From Gammaproteobacteria bacterium (GTDB lineage: Bacteria > Pseudomonadota > Gammaproteobacteria > Eutrophobiales > Eutrophobiaceae), in NCBI GenBank assembly GCA_965222155.1, contig CBDCTH010000012.1:384001-448000 (forward strand): a DNA stretch of 64,000 nucleotides, written 5' to 3'. Below are positions 1 to 10,603 of the stretch, piece by piece. The notes beneath the pieces were generated by a model. The model made no database searches and was not told the DNA's origin. It saw nothing but the letters and a program-made list of their open reading frames with translations. Made by a program: the position numbers and the translations under genes. How positions within the stretch are numbered: the first letter of the stretch is position 1; the number at the start of each line of letters is the position of its first letter.

Positions 1-36
1 CGTGCCTGAAATACGTTATTAGATACATACGAAAGC

Positions 37-1062
37 TCAATACCCCCCTCCTTGCTGGATACCCAACTCTGACAATTTTCTTCTGTATGCGATAGATATA
101 ATATCGGCCCGGATATGGAATTCCTGTGACAAATCCAACGGCAGGTACACCGGGTACTGGTTCTCAACTATCCTTCTATCTTCTTCGTTGACAACTTCCT
201 GAAATTGCAACCAGTCAGAAACCGGTTTGTCTTTATCAAAGTTACGTGCCTTCAGCATGAAGATTCGTATTTTGTCTGCTGAGACAGGTGTTGCCACATC
301 AAAAATATACTCAACACCAACGGAGCTTGTCACTTTCAAACATATCGCATAAGGCATGGTCAGGGTATATTCCGAAAGACATTCTTCTACTGTGCCTTTG
401 TATTCAAATGTGTTAGCCGACAAAAACATGGTTTTTATCTGATAATAAAGTCCCTCTGCTGTTTGCTCTACGTCAAATTTACCGATCTCCGGATAATCCC
501 GGGGTGCAAATGTATCAGCATGTATCCATGCGGCATGTGCGATATCAAGGAAGTTTTCCGTGTGTCTGGCTGCCGAAGTTTGCCATTCCGTGCTTAATTC
601 GATTACCTGATTTTCTGATGTTTCGAGCGCATTCCAGTCAGGTAAAGTAAATCGGGGTTCGGAACCCAGGCAGGTCCAGATTAATCCATAGCGCTCGAGC
701 GCCTGAAAGGTGTTCAAGCGTAAATTAAGAGAAACCTTTGCATCATGGCCCTCTGCCGGGATCAATGTACACTGCCCTGAACTGTCGTAATGCAGACCAT
801 GGTAAGCACACACCAGTCTATCGTCTTTCAACCAGCCCTGACTCAGGTCTGCGCCACGGTGCGGACAATTCCGTTTTGCAACAGTAATACCTCCGTTGGT
901 ACGGTATATTATTAATGGGACATCAAGTAACGTTGCAGCGTACGGCTTGTCTGAGACCTCACTGCTGAAGGCGACAGGATGCCAGCAGTTCGCCAGTATG
1001 TTCCAGTTGTTCTCTGAAAAAGTACTTTTTACGGGTTGGATACAACGGTCAGTACTTATCAT
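37..1062 (-). CDS. Rieske non-heme iron oxygenase (VanA/NdmA-like O-/N-demethylase family), alpha subunit
   Basis: Rieske motif CPHRG...CAYH; mononuclear Fe motif ENFLDIAHAAWIH. Confidence 0.85.
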   Translation of the reverse strand: MISTDRCIQPVKSTFSENNWNILANCWHPVAFSSEVSDKPYAATLLDVPLIIYRTNGGITVAKRNCPHRGADLSQGWLKDDRLVCAYHGLHYDSSGQCTLIPAEGHDAKVSLNLRLNTFQALERYGLIWTCLGSEPRFTLPDWNALETSENQVIELSTEWQTSAARHTENFLDIAHAAWIHADTFAPRDYPEIGKFDVEQTAEGLYYQIKTMFLSANTFEYKGTVEECLSEYTLTMPYAICLKVTSSVGVEYIFDVATPVSADKIRIFMLKARNFDKDKPVSDWLQFQEVVNEEDRRIVENQYPVYLPLDLSQEFHIRADIISIAYRRKLSELGIQQGGGY

Positions 1063-1081
1063 TGACAGTTCTCCAGTCGTT

Positions 1082-2257
1082 CTACACGGCTACGGATTTT
1101 TGTGTTCCCAGTCGATATACAATATATATTAAAATTAACCATGACAGCATTGTTGTAGACGCTGAGGCGAGCCCCAGCCCGGCATAGCCATACCACTCGA
1201 TCAGATTGCCCGCAATCATGGGTCCAAAAGCGAATCCCAGTAAATACACCGAACCTGCAGCGGCGGCCAATCTGCCCTTTTTATCCAATGCGGCAGCCAG
1301 GCCAAATAAATACGGAACTGCAAAGTAAAATGATATAAAAGATGACATAACCGCAACAATGTAGACCGTTGCATTGCTATTCAAACAAAGAACCATACTC
1401 GTTGCGGTATACCAGATACAAAAAATTGAAATAGGAATAAAGCGTCCTATCCGCACGTTTAACCAGGTAGCCAGACCGGCGCCTATTATTCCAACACCAC
1501 TGCCAACCGTTAATACAAACCCAACCTGAGTAGTTGTCAATCCACTGCGAACACCTAATTGTTCAAAAAACGTGTAAACGGCTGCTCCTGCCGCTATAAA
1601 TATAAATATTCCGGCTAATGTACAAATTCCCAACATTGTCGGTATTCTGTTCTCAGCCACAGGCTTGTTTTTTACTATCGTCGGCTTATCCGATGGTAAA
1701 CCTCTCAGGAAAAACACGAAAATAATCATAACGATTGCGGTCAGGCCGAAAATTCCCCGATGGGCATACATATCTGTCAGATAACCACCGGCAGAAAAAA
1801 GGATAACGCTGACCAGCGCCCAGGCGACTTGAAAGTAACCATAAACTTTGTCCGGATTACGGGAATGCGAGGCAACTGCCGCCAGTGAGATGGCATAAAT
1901 TATACCTTCGCCGATACCGGCCAGGCATCTTACGATGATCATGACAGTCAGGGTAGCCACCTGGACTGATACGACATTTGCAGTTATTGCCAGACAAACC
2001 GCATAAAAGCATATCGTACGATAAGGGAATCTGTGTAAAACCGGTGCAACCAGAATAGCCGTAATGGACAACACCAGAAATTCAGCGAATGCGATATAAC
2101 CTGCTTGCTGGGCAGAGAGCGTCAGTCCTGTTATCACGCCCCCGATCACCAGAGGTGATAGCTGGGTAATTACACCACCAATTACCTGTGCAGCTATTAC
2201 TGCGTAGACGAAAAATAATTTATCACCGGATTTATGTGGAGAATCCGGCACGTTCAA
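1082..2257 (-). CDS. MFS transporter
   Basis: 391 aa, about 12 hydrophobic segments; clear paralog of 5777..6913. Confidence 0.85.
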   Translation of the reverse strand: MNVPDSPHKSGDKLFFVYAVIAAQVIGGVITQLSPLVIGGVITGLTLSAQQAGYIAFAEFLVLSITAILVAPVLHRFPYRTICFYAVCLAITANVVSVQVATLTVMIIVRCLAGIGEGIIYAISLAAVASHSRNPDKVYGYFQVAWALVSVILFSAGGYLTDMYAHRGIFGLTAIVMIIFVFFLRGLPSDKPTIVKNKPVAENRIPTMLGICTLAGIFIFIAAGAAVYTFFEQLGVRSGLTTTQVGFVLTVGSGVGIIGAGLATWLNVRIGRFIPISIFCIWYTATSMVLCLNSNATVYIVAVMSSFISFYFAVPYLFGLAAALDKKGRLAAAAGSVYLLGFAFGPMIAGNLIEWYGYAGLGLASASTTMLSWLILIYIVYRLGTQKSVAV

Positions 2258-2275
2258 TTTCGTACTTATTTACCT

Positions 2276-4516
2276 TTACCAGTTATAACCAATCTCAACA
2301 CCGTAACTACGCGGCCTGTTTGGCACAGCGGTTTGGAGCCCGATACTTGTGTAATCGAATGTTTGTACACGGTACTTGGTATCCGAAAGGTTACGCCCCC
2401 AACCAGCGACCTCCAGCTTTTCATTCAACATTCGATAAGATATCCGGGCGCCAACCAGCCAACGGGCTTTTGACCGTACGGCATGATGATTTTCCACGCT
2501 GTGAAACATTTCATCGGTCCAACTCCAGTCAAAATTGAATGCCAGGGTACCTTCCGTTGTGGTTTGTAACGGCCACTCGTAAGCCAGATTACCAACAAAT
2601 TTCCACTCCGGCGCATACACGTTGTCATGCCCGGCAAGATCCTGACCCGTAATAGCACGTGTAAATTGCTTGAATTCCGTATTCAGATATGCCATGCCAA
2701 AGTTCAGATCCAATCTGTCGATGAGGCGTGTCTTCAGTTCCGCTTCCATACCGTAATAATCTGCCTGGTCCGCATTGCCGAGCACAATCAGCAGGTTGCC
2801 GAATGAACCAATGAAATTATCAAATACCTGCAGGTCTTCATAATCATAATAAAATCCGGATACATTTAATTGCGCCCTGCCATCAAACAGGGTTGATTTA
2901 AACCCGGATTCAACGGCAAGAATAGTTTCTTCATCATAGATGTTGAACTCTGCAGGATCACCAAAACCAACATTGATCCCTCCACTCTTGTAACCGGTGC
3001 CGACATGCGCATAAACCAGTAAATCTTCAGTAGGCGTAAAATCCACACCCACTTTCCACGTCACGTCATCGTATGTGCGTTCACCACTGGTGCCCGGATC
3101 AAACACACTTAACCCTGTTCCGAAGCCTACAGGGTAAGGCGGGTCAAATAAATCGCTGTTATGATAAATTTCGATTTCATCCCTCGTGTAACGGAGACCC
3201 CCATAGACCTTGAATAACTCATTGATCTGGTATCCCAGGTTGGCAAAAGCTGCAAAATGGTCCGATTCCTGTTTGTAATTTGAATACGTGATGAAACCAA
3301 AGAATTCGTATTCGTTCGTCGACGGCAATTCCTCCGATGCATAATAAAGACCCACTATCCAGTCCCAGGGGCCTTCGCTTGTCGATGTCAATCGAACCTC
3401 CTCTGAAAACGTTCTGGTTTCATGCCGATAGATGTTATGGCTGACTGCACTGGGGCCTCCATCGTCGTCACCTGTCATAGCTCGCTGAAACTTATCATAG
3501 GCAGTAATGGATGTGGCCCTGAAACCATCAAAGTCCCAGTCAATCCGCATATAACCGCCAAGGGTTTCAATATCGGTGGGACCGAAAAGATCAAAGTCAC
3601 CGGCAGTAGGATCGCCACGTTCTTCAATTCCGTCCGGGTCCCGGTAACCATCAAAATTGATACAGTCGTCTCTTACCGTGGCATCACAGTCGGTTGCAAA
3701 TGTATTAGGGTCCACGGTACCGACCTGCTGGTACTGAAATCCGCTGGAATGGTCCTGGGATCCATGTACATTAAATAGAATTTCAATGTTCTCTTGCGGC
3801 GTCCATAAGGCCATGCCACGCCAGTAATACTGATCCGTATCGTTAAACGTACCGCCAATCGTCCCCGGTATGGTAGACCTGCCTTCCATCCAGCCATCAT
3901 CATTCTGGTAGGTTCCCGCGACTCGCAGGGAAAGATTTTCCGTTACCCCACCCGTAACTGCGCCTTCGAACCGCACGGCGTCATAGTTACCATAGCCGAT
4001 GGTACCGTACCCATGAAACTCCTGCTCAGGCTTGTTGGTAATATAGTTGATTGCGCCGGCAGTGGCGTTACGCCCGTACAGTGTGCCTTGCGGTCCTCGC
4101 AAAACCTCCACGCGCTGCATGTCAAAAGGCACCAGCGTATGGGCAAAAATGCTGCTCATGTAAACTTCATCTGAATAGACACCGACTGTCGTATTCGCGT
4201 TTCCGGCAAAATCCACGCTTCCTGAGCCACGAATGATGGTTTTTGCAAACTGGTTTCCCGATGCAGCTTCGACCTGGACACCCGGCAGATATTGACCCAG
4301 TTCGTTGGAAGTAATCAGGTTGCGATTCTTGATTTCCTCGCCGGAAAATGCCGTGATTGAAATGCTGACGTCCTGCAGGCTTTCTTCACGCTTCTTTGCG
4401 GTGACAATCACTTCTTCGAGAATATCGGCGGGAACATTTATGGGTACAACAATAATCAGAAAGACTGCGGAACAGACAAAGCGGAAGTAAATGCGAGAAC
4501 ACAGGTTAAACTTCAT
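2276..4516 (-). CDS. TonB-dependent receptor
   Basis: Signal peptide from MKFNL (start placed at 4516), TonB box LEEVIVTAKKREE, plug motif RVEVLRGPQGTLYGRNATAG, aromatic C-terminus GYNW. Confidence 0.92.
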   Translation of the reverse strand: MKFNLCSRIYFRFVCSAVFLIIVVPINVPADILEEVIVTAKKREESLQDVSISITAFSGEEIKNRNLITSNELGQYLPGVQVEAASGNQFAKTIIRGSGSVDFAGNANTTVGVYSDEVYMSSIFAHTLVPFDMQRVEVLRGPQGTLYGRNATAGAINYITNKPEQEFHGYGTIGYGNYDAVRFEGAVTGGVTENLSLRVAGTYQNDDGWMEGRSTIPGTIGGTFNDTDQYYWRGMALWTPQENIEILFNVHGSQDHSSGFQYQQVGTVDPNTFATDCDATVRDDCINFDGYRDPDGIEERGDPTAGDFDLFGPTDIETLGGYMRIDWDFDGFRATSITAYDKFQRAMTGDDDGGPSAVSHNIYRHETRTFSEEVRLTSTSEGPWDWIVGLYYASEELPSTNEYEFFGFITYSNYKQESDHFAAFANLGYQINELFKVYGGLRYTRDEIEIYHNSDLFDPPYPVGFGTGLSVFDPGTSGERTYDDVTWKVGVDFTPTEDLLVYAHVGTGYKSGGINVGFGDPAEFNIYDEETILAVESGFKSTLFDGRAQLNVSGFYYDYEDLQVFDNFIGSFGNLLIVLGNADQADYYGMEAELKTRLIDRLDLNFGMAYLNTEFKQFTRAITGQDLAGHDNVYAPEWKFVGNLAYEWPLQTTTEGTLAFNFDWSWTDEMFHSVENHHAVRSKARWLVGARISYRMLNEKLEVAGWGRNLSDTKYRVQTFDYTSIGLQTAVPNRPRSYGVEIGYNW

Positions 4517-4630
4517 AAGACCCCCTAATAATTTGAAATCCGAGTCGTGAATCGTATTACACACCATACTATAATAAAAAGAATCTTGTTAAAGTAACAT
4601 GCTTGGAATACACAAAATCATATCCTGGAT

Positions 4631-5656
4631 TCACTCACGGCACCAATCATCCAATCCAGCCAGGTAAGCAGTCTTTTCTTCGTCCGAGGCATAAGAACAG
4701 GAAAAACTGTTTCGGACCAATTGGATGATATCGTCCACACCAAGATTGAACGTCTCAGCCAGTTGAGTGAAATTTGTATTTAAATCCGTTTGAAAAAAAG
4801 GAGGGTCATCGGAGTTTACCGTAACGGTAGCGCCTCTGTTTCTCAATTCAATAATCGGATGTTCTGCAATCGACTCATAAACATTAATCGAAACATTGCT
4901 TACCGGACAAAGAGTCATGGGAATATCATTCTCGACAATATGGTTGACCAGTTCATTATCCCGTATTGCCTGGTTGCCATGGTCAATCCGGTCCACGTTC
5001 AGGTCATTAACCACATCCCAGACGCCTTCAGGTCCTGCAGCATATTCCTCACCACAATGGGCAGATAATTTAAAGCCGAGTTCCCTCGCGCGAGCAAACG
5101 CATCTTTGTGAACACCGGCAGGATAACCCACCTCCTGACAATCCAATCCAATTCCAAGGATCCCGACTTCGTCTTTATAGGCTGCAATTTCATCAACATA
5201 GTTCAGGCTTCGTTCCGGACTGATGGTCCGATCAATGTCGGCAATAAAATAAAGATCAAGACTGAATTCTTCCTTTACCTGCTGACGGCCACGGGCCAGT
5301 CCTTTCATAATCGTATCCAGTTCCACCCTGCCTTCATGGGCAGCCGCATAGGTAAACATCACTTCACGCCGAATGATGTTCTGTCGTTGCATGTCCTTGC
5401 CCAATTCCAGAGCTATCTCGTAATAATCGGTTTCCGTAAATAACACGCCGGTGGTCACTTCCCATTTCTGCAAAAATTCTTCAAGATCATTGAACCGGTA
5501 CCACTCGATTGCGCCCTTAACGTCCGAAAAAGGAAGCTCCACATTATTACGCCGTGCATATCTCAACAGTAATTCCGGGGGAACCGAATCCAAGTGTATA
5601 TGCAACTCTGCTTTTGGGATTCCCCGGATAAATTGTTTTATATCGTCGGCCGGCAT
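4631..5656 (-). CDS. add: adenosine/adenine deaminase family protein
   Basis: PKAELHIHLD, HCGE, RIDHG and NSDDPPFF metal/catalytic motifs. Confidence 0.85.
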   Translation of the reverse strand: MPADDIKQFIRGIPKAELHIHLDSVPPELLLRYARRNNVELPFSDVKGAIEWYRFNDLEEFLQKWEVTTGVLFTETDYYEIALELGKDMQRQNIIRREVMFTYAAAHEGRVELDTIMKGLARGRQQVKEEFSLDLYFIADIDRTISPERSLNYVDEIAAYKDEVGILGIGLDCQEVGYPAGVHKDAFARARELGFKLSAHCGEEYAAGPEGVWDVVNDLNVDRIDHGNQAIRDNELVNHIVENDIPMTLCPVSNVSINVYESIAEHPIIELRNRGATVTVNSDDPPFFQTDLNTNFTQLAETFNLGVDDIIQLVRNSFSCSYASDEEKTAYLAGLDDWCRE

Positions 5657-5776
5657 GAAAGTAATAATTATCGACTGAGTTGACTGAATGTAACACTCTT
5701 AAGGAAACATTATCAATGCGAGCCAACTACGTCAATATTGCGATGAACTCGTATTGCCTGAAGACTGAATTAGTGG

Positions 5777-6913
5777 CTACAAATTTCTGACTACAACCAA
5801 CAATAATATCCAGGCCAGGATTGTGGCTATAACGGCTGCAACACCCAAGCCGATATAGTCATACCACTCGATCATCGTGCCGGCAAACGCCGGTCCTACG
5901 GCAAAACCCAGTAAATACGCTGATCCCGCTACCGCCGCCCAGCGGCCTTGCTGGTCCAATGCCGCTGCCAGGCCAAACAGGTAGGGGACAGAGAAATAGA
6001 AAAATACTACTGATAGAACCAGGGCAACCACATAGATTACAGGATGGGTATTAACACATAACACGATGGCAATAATTGAGAACGCAACCGAGAATACCGA
6101 AATAGGAACAGCTCGGCCCTTACGTATGTTCAACCAGGTTGCCAGAACTGCGCCGCTGAAACCAACGGCTGACCCTGTGGTCAGGGCATAGCCGATCTGG
6201 TTCGTAGACAGTCCTGCCCGTTCACCCAACGGCGCAGTGAAGGTATATATGGCCGCGGATGCGGTCAGGTAAATAAAAATTCCCGCTAACGTGACGATAC
6301 CCATCCAGAGCGGCGCAGCGTTGTGATTTTTATTAACTGATTGTGTCGGTGCCGTAACACCGGTCGGCAGCCACCTCAGAAAAATTATCAGGACAATTGT
6401 GATGCAGGCGATCATGCCGTATATACCCCGGTGGGCGAATATATCGGTAAGGTAGCCTCCTGCGGTAAACAACAAGGTGCTCAATACTGCCCAGGTCACC
6501 TGGATATAACCATACAACTTGTCCGGGTTGGCGGAACGTGACGCCACCGCGGCCAGTGATGCGGCATACACCAAGCCCTCGCCGACGCCGGCTATACATC
6601 TCATTATCACGATGAGATACAAATCGGTTAATAATATTGAAACAACCTGGGCACCAACGGCTAGACTCGCGGCATAAAGACACAGCGACCGGTATGACAG
6701 TCTCGGCAAAACCGGCGCTATCACGATTGCGGTGAGCGATAAAACGATAAATTCTGCAAATGCGACATAACCGGCCTGTTGTTCCGTTAATTCAAGACCG
6801 ATAATAACGCCACCCACCACCAGGGGAGACATCTGCGTCACCAATCCGCCGGCCACCTGGGCGGCAATTACCGCAGTAACAAATTTTAGCGGGTCACCCG
6901 CGCGGGTCTGCAC
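5777..6913 (-). CDS. MFS transporter
   Basis: 378 aa, about 12 TM segments; paralog of 1082..2257. Confidence 0.85.
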   Translation of the reverse strand: MQTRAGDPLKFVTAVIAAQVAGGLVTQMSPLVVGGVIIGLELTEQQAGYVAFAEFIVLSLTAIVIAPVLPRLSYRSLCLYAASLAVGAQVVSILLTDLYLIVIMRCIAGVGEGLVYAASLAAVASRSANPDKLYGYIQVTWAVLSTLLFTAGGYLTDIFAHRGIYGMIACITIVLIIFLRWLPTGVTAPTQSVNKNHNAAPLWMGIVTLAGIFIYLTASAAIYTFTAPLGERAGLSTNQIGYALTTGSAVGFSGAVLATWLNIRKGRAVPISVFSVAFSIIAIVLCVNTHPVIYVVALVLSVVFFYFSVPYLFGLAAALDQQGRWAAVAGSAYLLGFAVGPAFAGTMIEWYDYIGLGVAAVIATILAWILLLVVVRNL

Positions 6914-6919
6914 TGTTAC

Positions 6920-7903
6920 TCAACTCGTTCCATAATTTAATCCCATCTCTTTCAACCAGCGCCGGTATACGTTAGAAGATTTGTCGGCCGGTTGGTGTAA
7001 TTCTGCGGTGGGATCCAAAGGTAAACATTTTGGCCGTTGCGATTCCAGAACTGCCTTATCCTGGTAGAAGATCGTGTCCTGAAAATCCCGGAAATATTCT
7101 TCCGGCTCGCCATGACCATAGTTCATGGCAAGGACAAACCAGGCGCGGATACGAGTTTCTTCCTTCGATTGTATTGACATCAGGATCAAATCGGATGGTT
7201 TCTCGCTGGCGGCGCCGGGCTCCTTGGTGAGCATGACGGTCAGCGGCCGCAGTACCCGGTAGGAATAGGCAACTTTGGTGCCTTCCTCGCTGGTCACATT
7301 GGCCCTAGGTTGATAGACGGTCGCATTGGTCACTCTGATTTCGCTGTCTATCACCTCAACATCGTAATCATCCATTTCCGTGTAGGGCTCCTCCCCCAGG
7401 TAACCGGTATGTACAAAGGGAAAGTGCGACAGGTCCAGAAAATTCTCTACGGCTCGGGGGCCACTGGTCTCAACGTCATAGGGCCCGGTGATCACCAGGT
7501 GATAATCCTCATCTACGCCGTGAAACAATGGCACGTCACCAGCCGGATCACCCAGGCACACCCACACCAGGTCGTATTTCTCCCGCACCTGCAGTCGGGT
7601 CGTCCTGGCCCTTTCCGAGATAGGCTGATCAGGATGGGCGGGCATCCTGATGCAGCGGCCATCGGAATTAAAATGCCAGCCATGATAGGGGCAAACTACC
7701 GTGTCGCCATTTCTGATTTCGCCTAAAGACAACTTGGAGCCACGGTGGGGACAGCGGTCCAGCCAGGCGTGTATCTCACCGTGACTGCGCCAGATAAGAA
7801 TATCCCGTTCCAACAATTGTGTTGCGAACTTATCACCGTCCGCCAGCTCCCTGGCGTTCGCTACCGCATGCCAATCATTGAGCATGATAATATCGTTTGT
7901 CAT
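6920..7903 (-). CDS. Rieske non-heme iron oxygenase (VanA/NdmA-like), alpha subunit
   Basis: CPHRG...CPYHGW; ENFLDLSHFPFVH. Confidence 0.88.
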   Translation of the reverse strand: MTNDIIMLNDWHAVANARELADGDKFATQLLERDILIWRSHGEIHAWLDRCPHRGSKLSLGEIRNGDTVVCPYHGWHFNSDGRCIRMPAHPDQPISERARTTRLQVREKYDLVWVCLGDPAGDVPLFHGVDEDYHLVITGPYDVETSGPRAVENFLDLSHFPFVHTGYLGEEPYTEMDDYDVEVIDSEIRVTNATVYQPRANVTSEEGTKVAYSYRVLRPLTVMLTKEPGAASEKPSDLILMSIQSKEETRIRAWFVLAMNYGHGEPEEYFRDFQDTIFYQDKAVLESQRPKCLPLDPTAELHQPADKSSNVYRRWLKEMGLNYGTS

Positions 7904-7920
7904 CTTATCTGCTCGTGGGT

Positions 7921-8982
7921 TTAACTTGTAGCCGGTGCACCCAGGTTAAATTTACCGGCCAGTGCTTTCCTGTATTCCAGTGACATACGATCAGCGGGAA
8001 TATGGATCTCTTCCCGCAAATCCAGCGGCAGATCTTCCGGTGATTGTGCTTCCACCAGGGGCTGGTCTTCTTTATTTATGTCTATCGTTTCCTGTATCAG
8101 CTCATCCGTGGCCGGATCACCGGAGTTGTCTGCCAGGATTTGGAAAATGCCGCTCTCGTGCGCGGAGATAGGGCAGACCGTATCCAATATCACCTGTATA
8201 TAATCGGACCCCTGCACATCCACTTCCAGCAGGGTGGAAAACGGAAACGTTAGTTCGTAGCTGTAAACGACTTCACGGTCCTGCAAATCATCTCTCCCGT
8301 CAGGAAAGCGGTTGCCCAGTTCCAGGTAAGGTAATCGAAAGTTGAGGCCGTAATCAGTCTGTTCCACCTGGTATAACGGATAGGCTGCATCCATTTCACC
8401 GCCGAAAGTGGCGCCATGCACCCAGGGGAAGTGCGCCACGTCGTTAAAGTTTTCGACGTGACGGCCCGCTGCTACCTGCCACTTCCCCGGAGGAACAAAC
8501 ATGGATTGATATTGAGAAGTTTCCAGATGGCGCCAGTAAGGTAACGGCCAGGCAGGGTTATCTTTCAGACACACCCAGATAATGCCGTAGCGTTGTTCCG
8601 TCCGGTAGGTTTGCAGCCGCAACTTCTCCGGTATTCTCACATCGGTGTCGGCGATGGACGGTATCTTTCGACAAACACCTTGACCATCATAATGCAAGCC
8701 ATGCATGGGACAAACCAGCAGGTCATCCTGCATCCAACCCAGGCTCATCCTGGTGCCCCTGTGCATACACTGGTCTTTCGCGACCGTGACGCCTTCACTG
8801 GTCCGGTAAATCACCAGGTTTACGTCCAGTAATTTGGCGGCGACAGGTTTGTCCCCGATATCATGGAGAAATGCAACAGGGTGCCAGAAACCGGCCAGTA
8901 TGTGCCAGTCGCTTTCCCGAAAGGTGCAGTGACGGGGTAACTCGGTATTTACCTGAGTTGAATGGTCTGTAGCCAGAAACAT
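7921..8982 (-). CDS. Rieske non-heme iron oxygenase (VanA/NdmA-like), alpha subunit
   Basis: CMHRG...CPMHGL; ENFNDVAHFPWVH. Confidence 0.88.
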   Translation of the reverse strand: MFLATDHSTQVNTELPRHCTFRESDWHILAGFWHPVAFLHDIGDKPVAAKLLDVNLVIYRTSEGVTVAKDQCMHRGTRMSLGWMQDDLLVCPMHGLHYDGQGVCRKIPSIADTDVRIPEKLRLQTYRTEQRYGIIWVCLKDNPAWPLPYWRHLETSQYQSMFVPPGKWQVAAGRHVENFNDVAHFPWVHGATFGGEMDAAYPLYQVEQTDYGLNFRLPYLELGNRFPDGRDDLQDREVVYSYELTFPFSTLLEVDVQGSDYIQVILDTVCPISAHESGIFQILADNSGDPATDELIQETIDINKEDQPLVEAQSPEDLPLDLREEIHIPADRMSLEYRKALAGKFNLGAPATS

Positions 8983-9204
8983 GAACTCTTACCACATATT
9001 TTGTATTTGTTATCGGTTAAAAACGAAACCAACCCAAGCTGGATTATAGAGGCAGACTAAGGTTCAAGTATATGACTATCGTGTAGGGATTCGTATCTGA
9101 AATTCACTTCACGCTCTGCAAGACGAATGCAACCAATCAGGCAAACCCTGGCCCGGATTTTTGATGTGCGCCCTCCATGGCGTACACCCATACGCGGACT
9201 CTCC

Positions 9205-9229
9205 GGGGACGGATTTCAAATCCGTCCCC
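9205..9229. repeat. REP-like palindrome, GGGGAC(A/G)GA...TC(T/C)GTCCCC family
   Basis: ggggacggatttcaaatccgtcccc; family members at 11523, 11777, 38396, 39198, 39583, 42746, 47295, 63393. Confidence 0.85.
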
Positions 9230-9313
9230 TTATGCACTGACAGATTTGTCTGGTTAAGGGGTGAGCCGGAAAAAGAAAAAGACACTTAACGTGTCTTTTT
9301 CCCAGCGAACGAC

Positions 9314-10243
9314 TCAACAAGGAAGTTGTGGCTGCTGGTCGCCTTCCACCTTGCCTGAAATCGGCGCCAACGGCAGCGCATCATCACCCGGCTCTATGGT
9401 AAAAGTGAAATCGAGCGAACACCAGGGCCCGGTCACTTCAGGGTCCGGCGCAGGTACGTTTTCGTGATGAATATAATCACCGATCAGAGCTTTCGTCACG
9501 CCGAACTGCGCGTCGGTTTCCAGGTAGGGGTCGTCATTGACATAAACCTGTGAAATATGCGTTTTATAACCCGGCTTGTGAATCAGGAAATGCATATGTG
9601 CAGGCCTCATATTGGCGCGCCCTTGCACCCTGAGAAGGTCGCCGACCGGCCCGTTCACGGGAACCGGGTACGCCGCCGGTTTCACGGTACGAAAATTGAC
9701 TTGGCCGTTATTATCAGTTCGGAATTTGCCGCGAAGATTCATATCAGCCTGGACAGGGTCCTGGTTCTCGTACAAGCCTTCTGCTGACGTGTTCCACACA
9801 TCAATCTCTGCATCGACGACCGGATTATCTTCGTTATCCCTGATCCTTGCAGTCACGAATAACGGTTCGCCGATTGTCGGCGAGCGCACGATTGACCCGC
9901 CGCTCTCCGTCTCCGGCGAGTGTGCGCGCCAGAACGGGCCTAGCAGGTTGGCCGTGGTTTCTCTCTGGCCGCGGCCGTTGTTCAGGAGGCACACCAATGA
10001 CGATAGACCAAGCGTACCGGCCAGAAGCACCACTTCATTGTGACTTTTATTCGTTAGTTGCCCTGCCTGCGCGATAAGTGCGCATCCCTGACGAAATTCC
10101 GCCTCCGTCAGTTGTACTTCACGGGCAAAATTGTGTAAATGCCGTACTGCAGCGGATAGAAGCTCTTTAAGACGAGGATCGTTAATGCGCTCAAGTTCGC
10201 TCAATACCGCTTCAGTGACCTGTTCCTGGTTTTTAATGATCAT
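9314..10243 (-). CDS. intradiol ring-cleavage dioxygenase (hydroxyquinol/catechol 1,2-dioxygenase family)
   Basis: LLGPFW, GLYENQD, YPVP and RPAHMHF iron-ligand motifs. Confidence 0.9.
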   Translation of the reverse strand: MIIKNQEQVTEAVLSELERINDPRLKELLSAAVRHLHNFAREVQLTEAEFRQGCALIAQAGQLTNKSHNEVVLLAGTLGLSSLVCLLNNGRGQRETTANLLGPFWRAHSPETESGGSIVRSPTIGEPLFVTARIRDNEDNPVVDAEIDVWNTSAEGLYENQDPVQADMNLRGKFRTDNNGQVNFRTVKPAAYPVPVNGPVGDLLRVQGRANMRPAHMHFLIHKPGYKTHISQVYVNDDPYLETDAQFGVTKALIGDYIHHENVPAPDPEVTGPWCSLDFTFTIEPGDDALPLAPISGKVEGDQQPQLPC

Positions 10244-10285
10244 TTAAGGTACCGTCTGGCTTAGGTCGATGTTGATAGTATGAAA

Positions 10286-10603
10286 TTATTTGCTGGCTGC
10301 AATCAATTCAGCTACTTCTTCTTTCGTAGCGCCAAGGCTCAATAGAGATTTCATAACCAGATCGAAGGATACTGATGAGTCACCCGCTTCAATCTTGGCT
10401 ACCCGTGATTGACTGGATGAAATTACCTTTGCAAATTCAGTTTGGCTGAGGCGCTTTTTCATCCGTCTTGACCTGACTGAATCACATAAAGTAAGTTTCA
10501 TTTCTATATAGGCTGATTCTTCAGGGGAAAGGGACAGAAATTCATCAGTTGAACCAACCTTCCAACCCGCTCTTTCAAGTTTTTTTTGTTTATCTGGTCT
10601 CAT
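10286..10603 (-). CDS. XRE-family HTH antitoxin (HigA-like)
   Basis: HTH LSQTEFAKVISSSQSRVAKIE; overlaps the upstream RelE-like toxin gene. Confidence 0.8.
   Translation of the reverse strand: MRPDKQKKLERAGWKVGSTDEFLSLSPEESAYIEMKLTLCDSVRSRRMKKRLSQTEFAKVISSSQSRVAKIEAGDSSVSFDLVMKSLLSLGATKEEVAELIAASK

Noticed and set aside
37-8982. Specific call as a caffeine-degradation ndmABC locus
   Set aside because: The motifs identify only the family; no ndmD-like reductase is seen and the substrate cannot be read from sequence.
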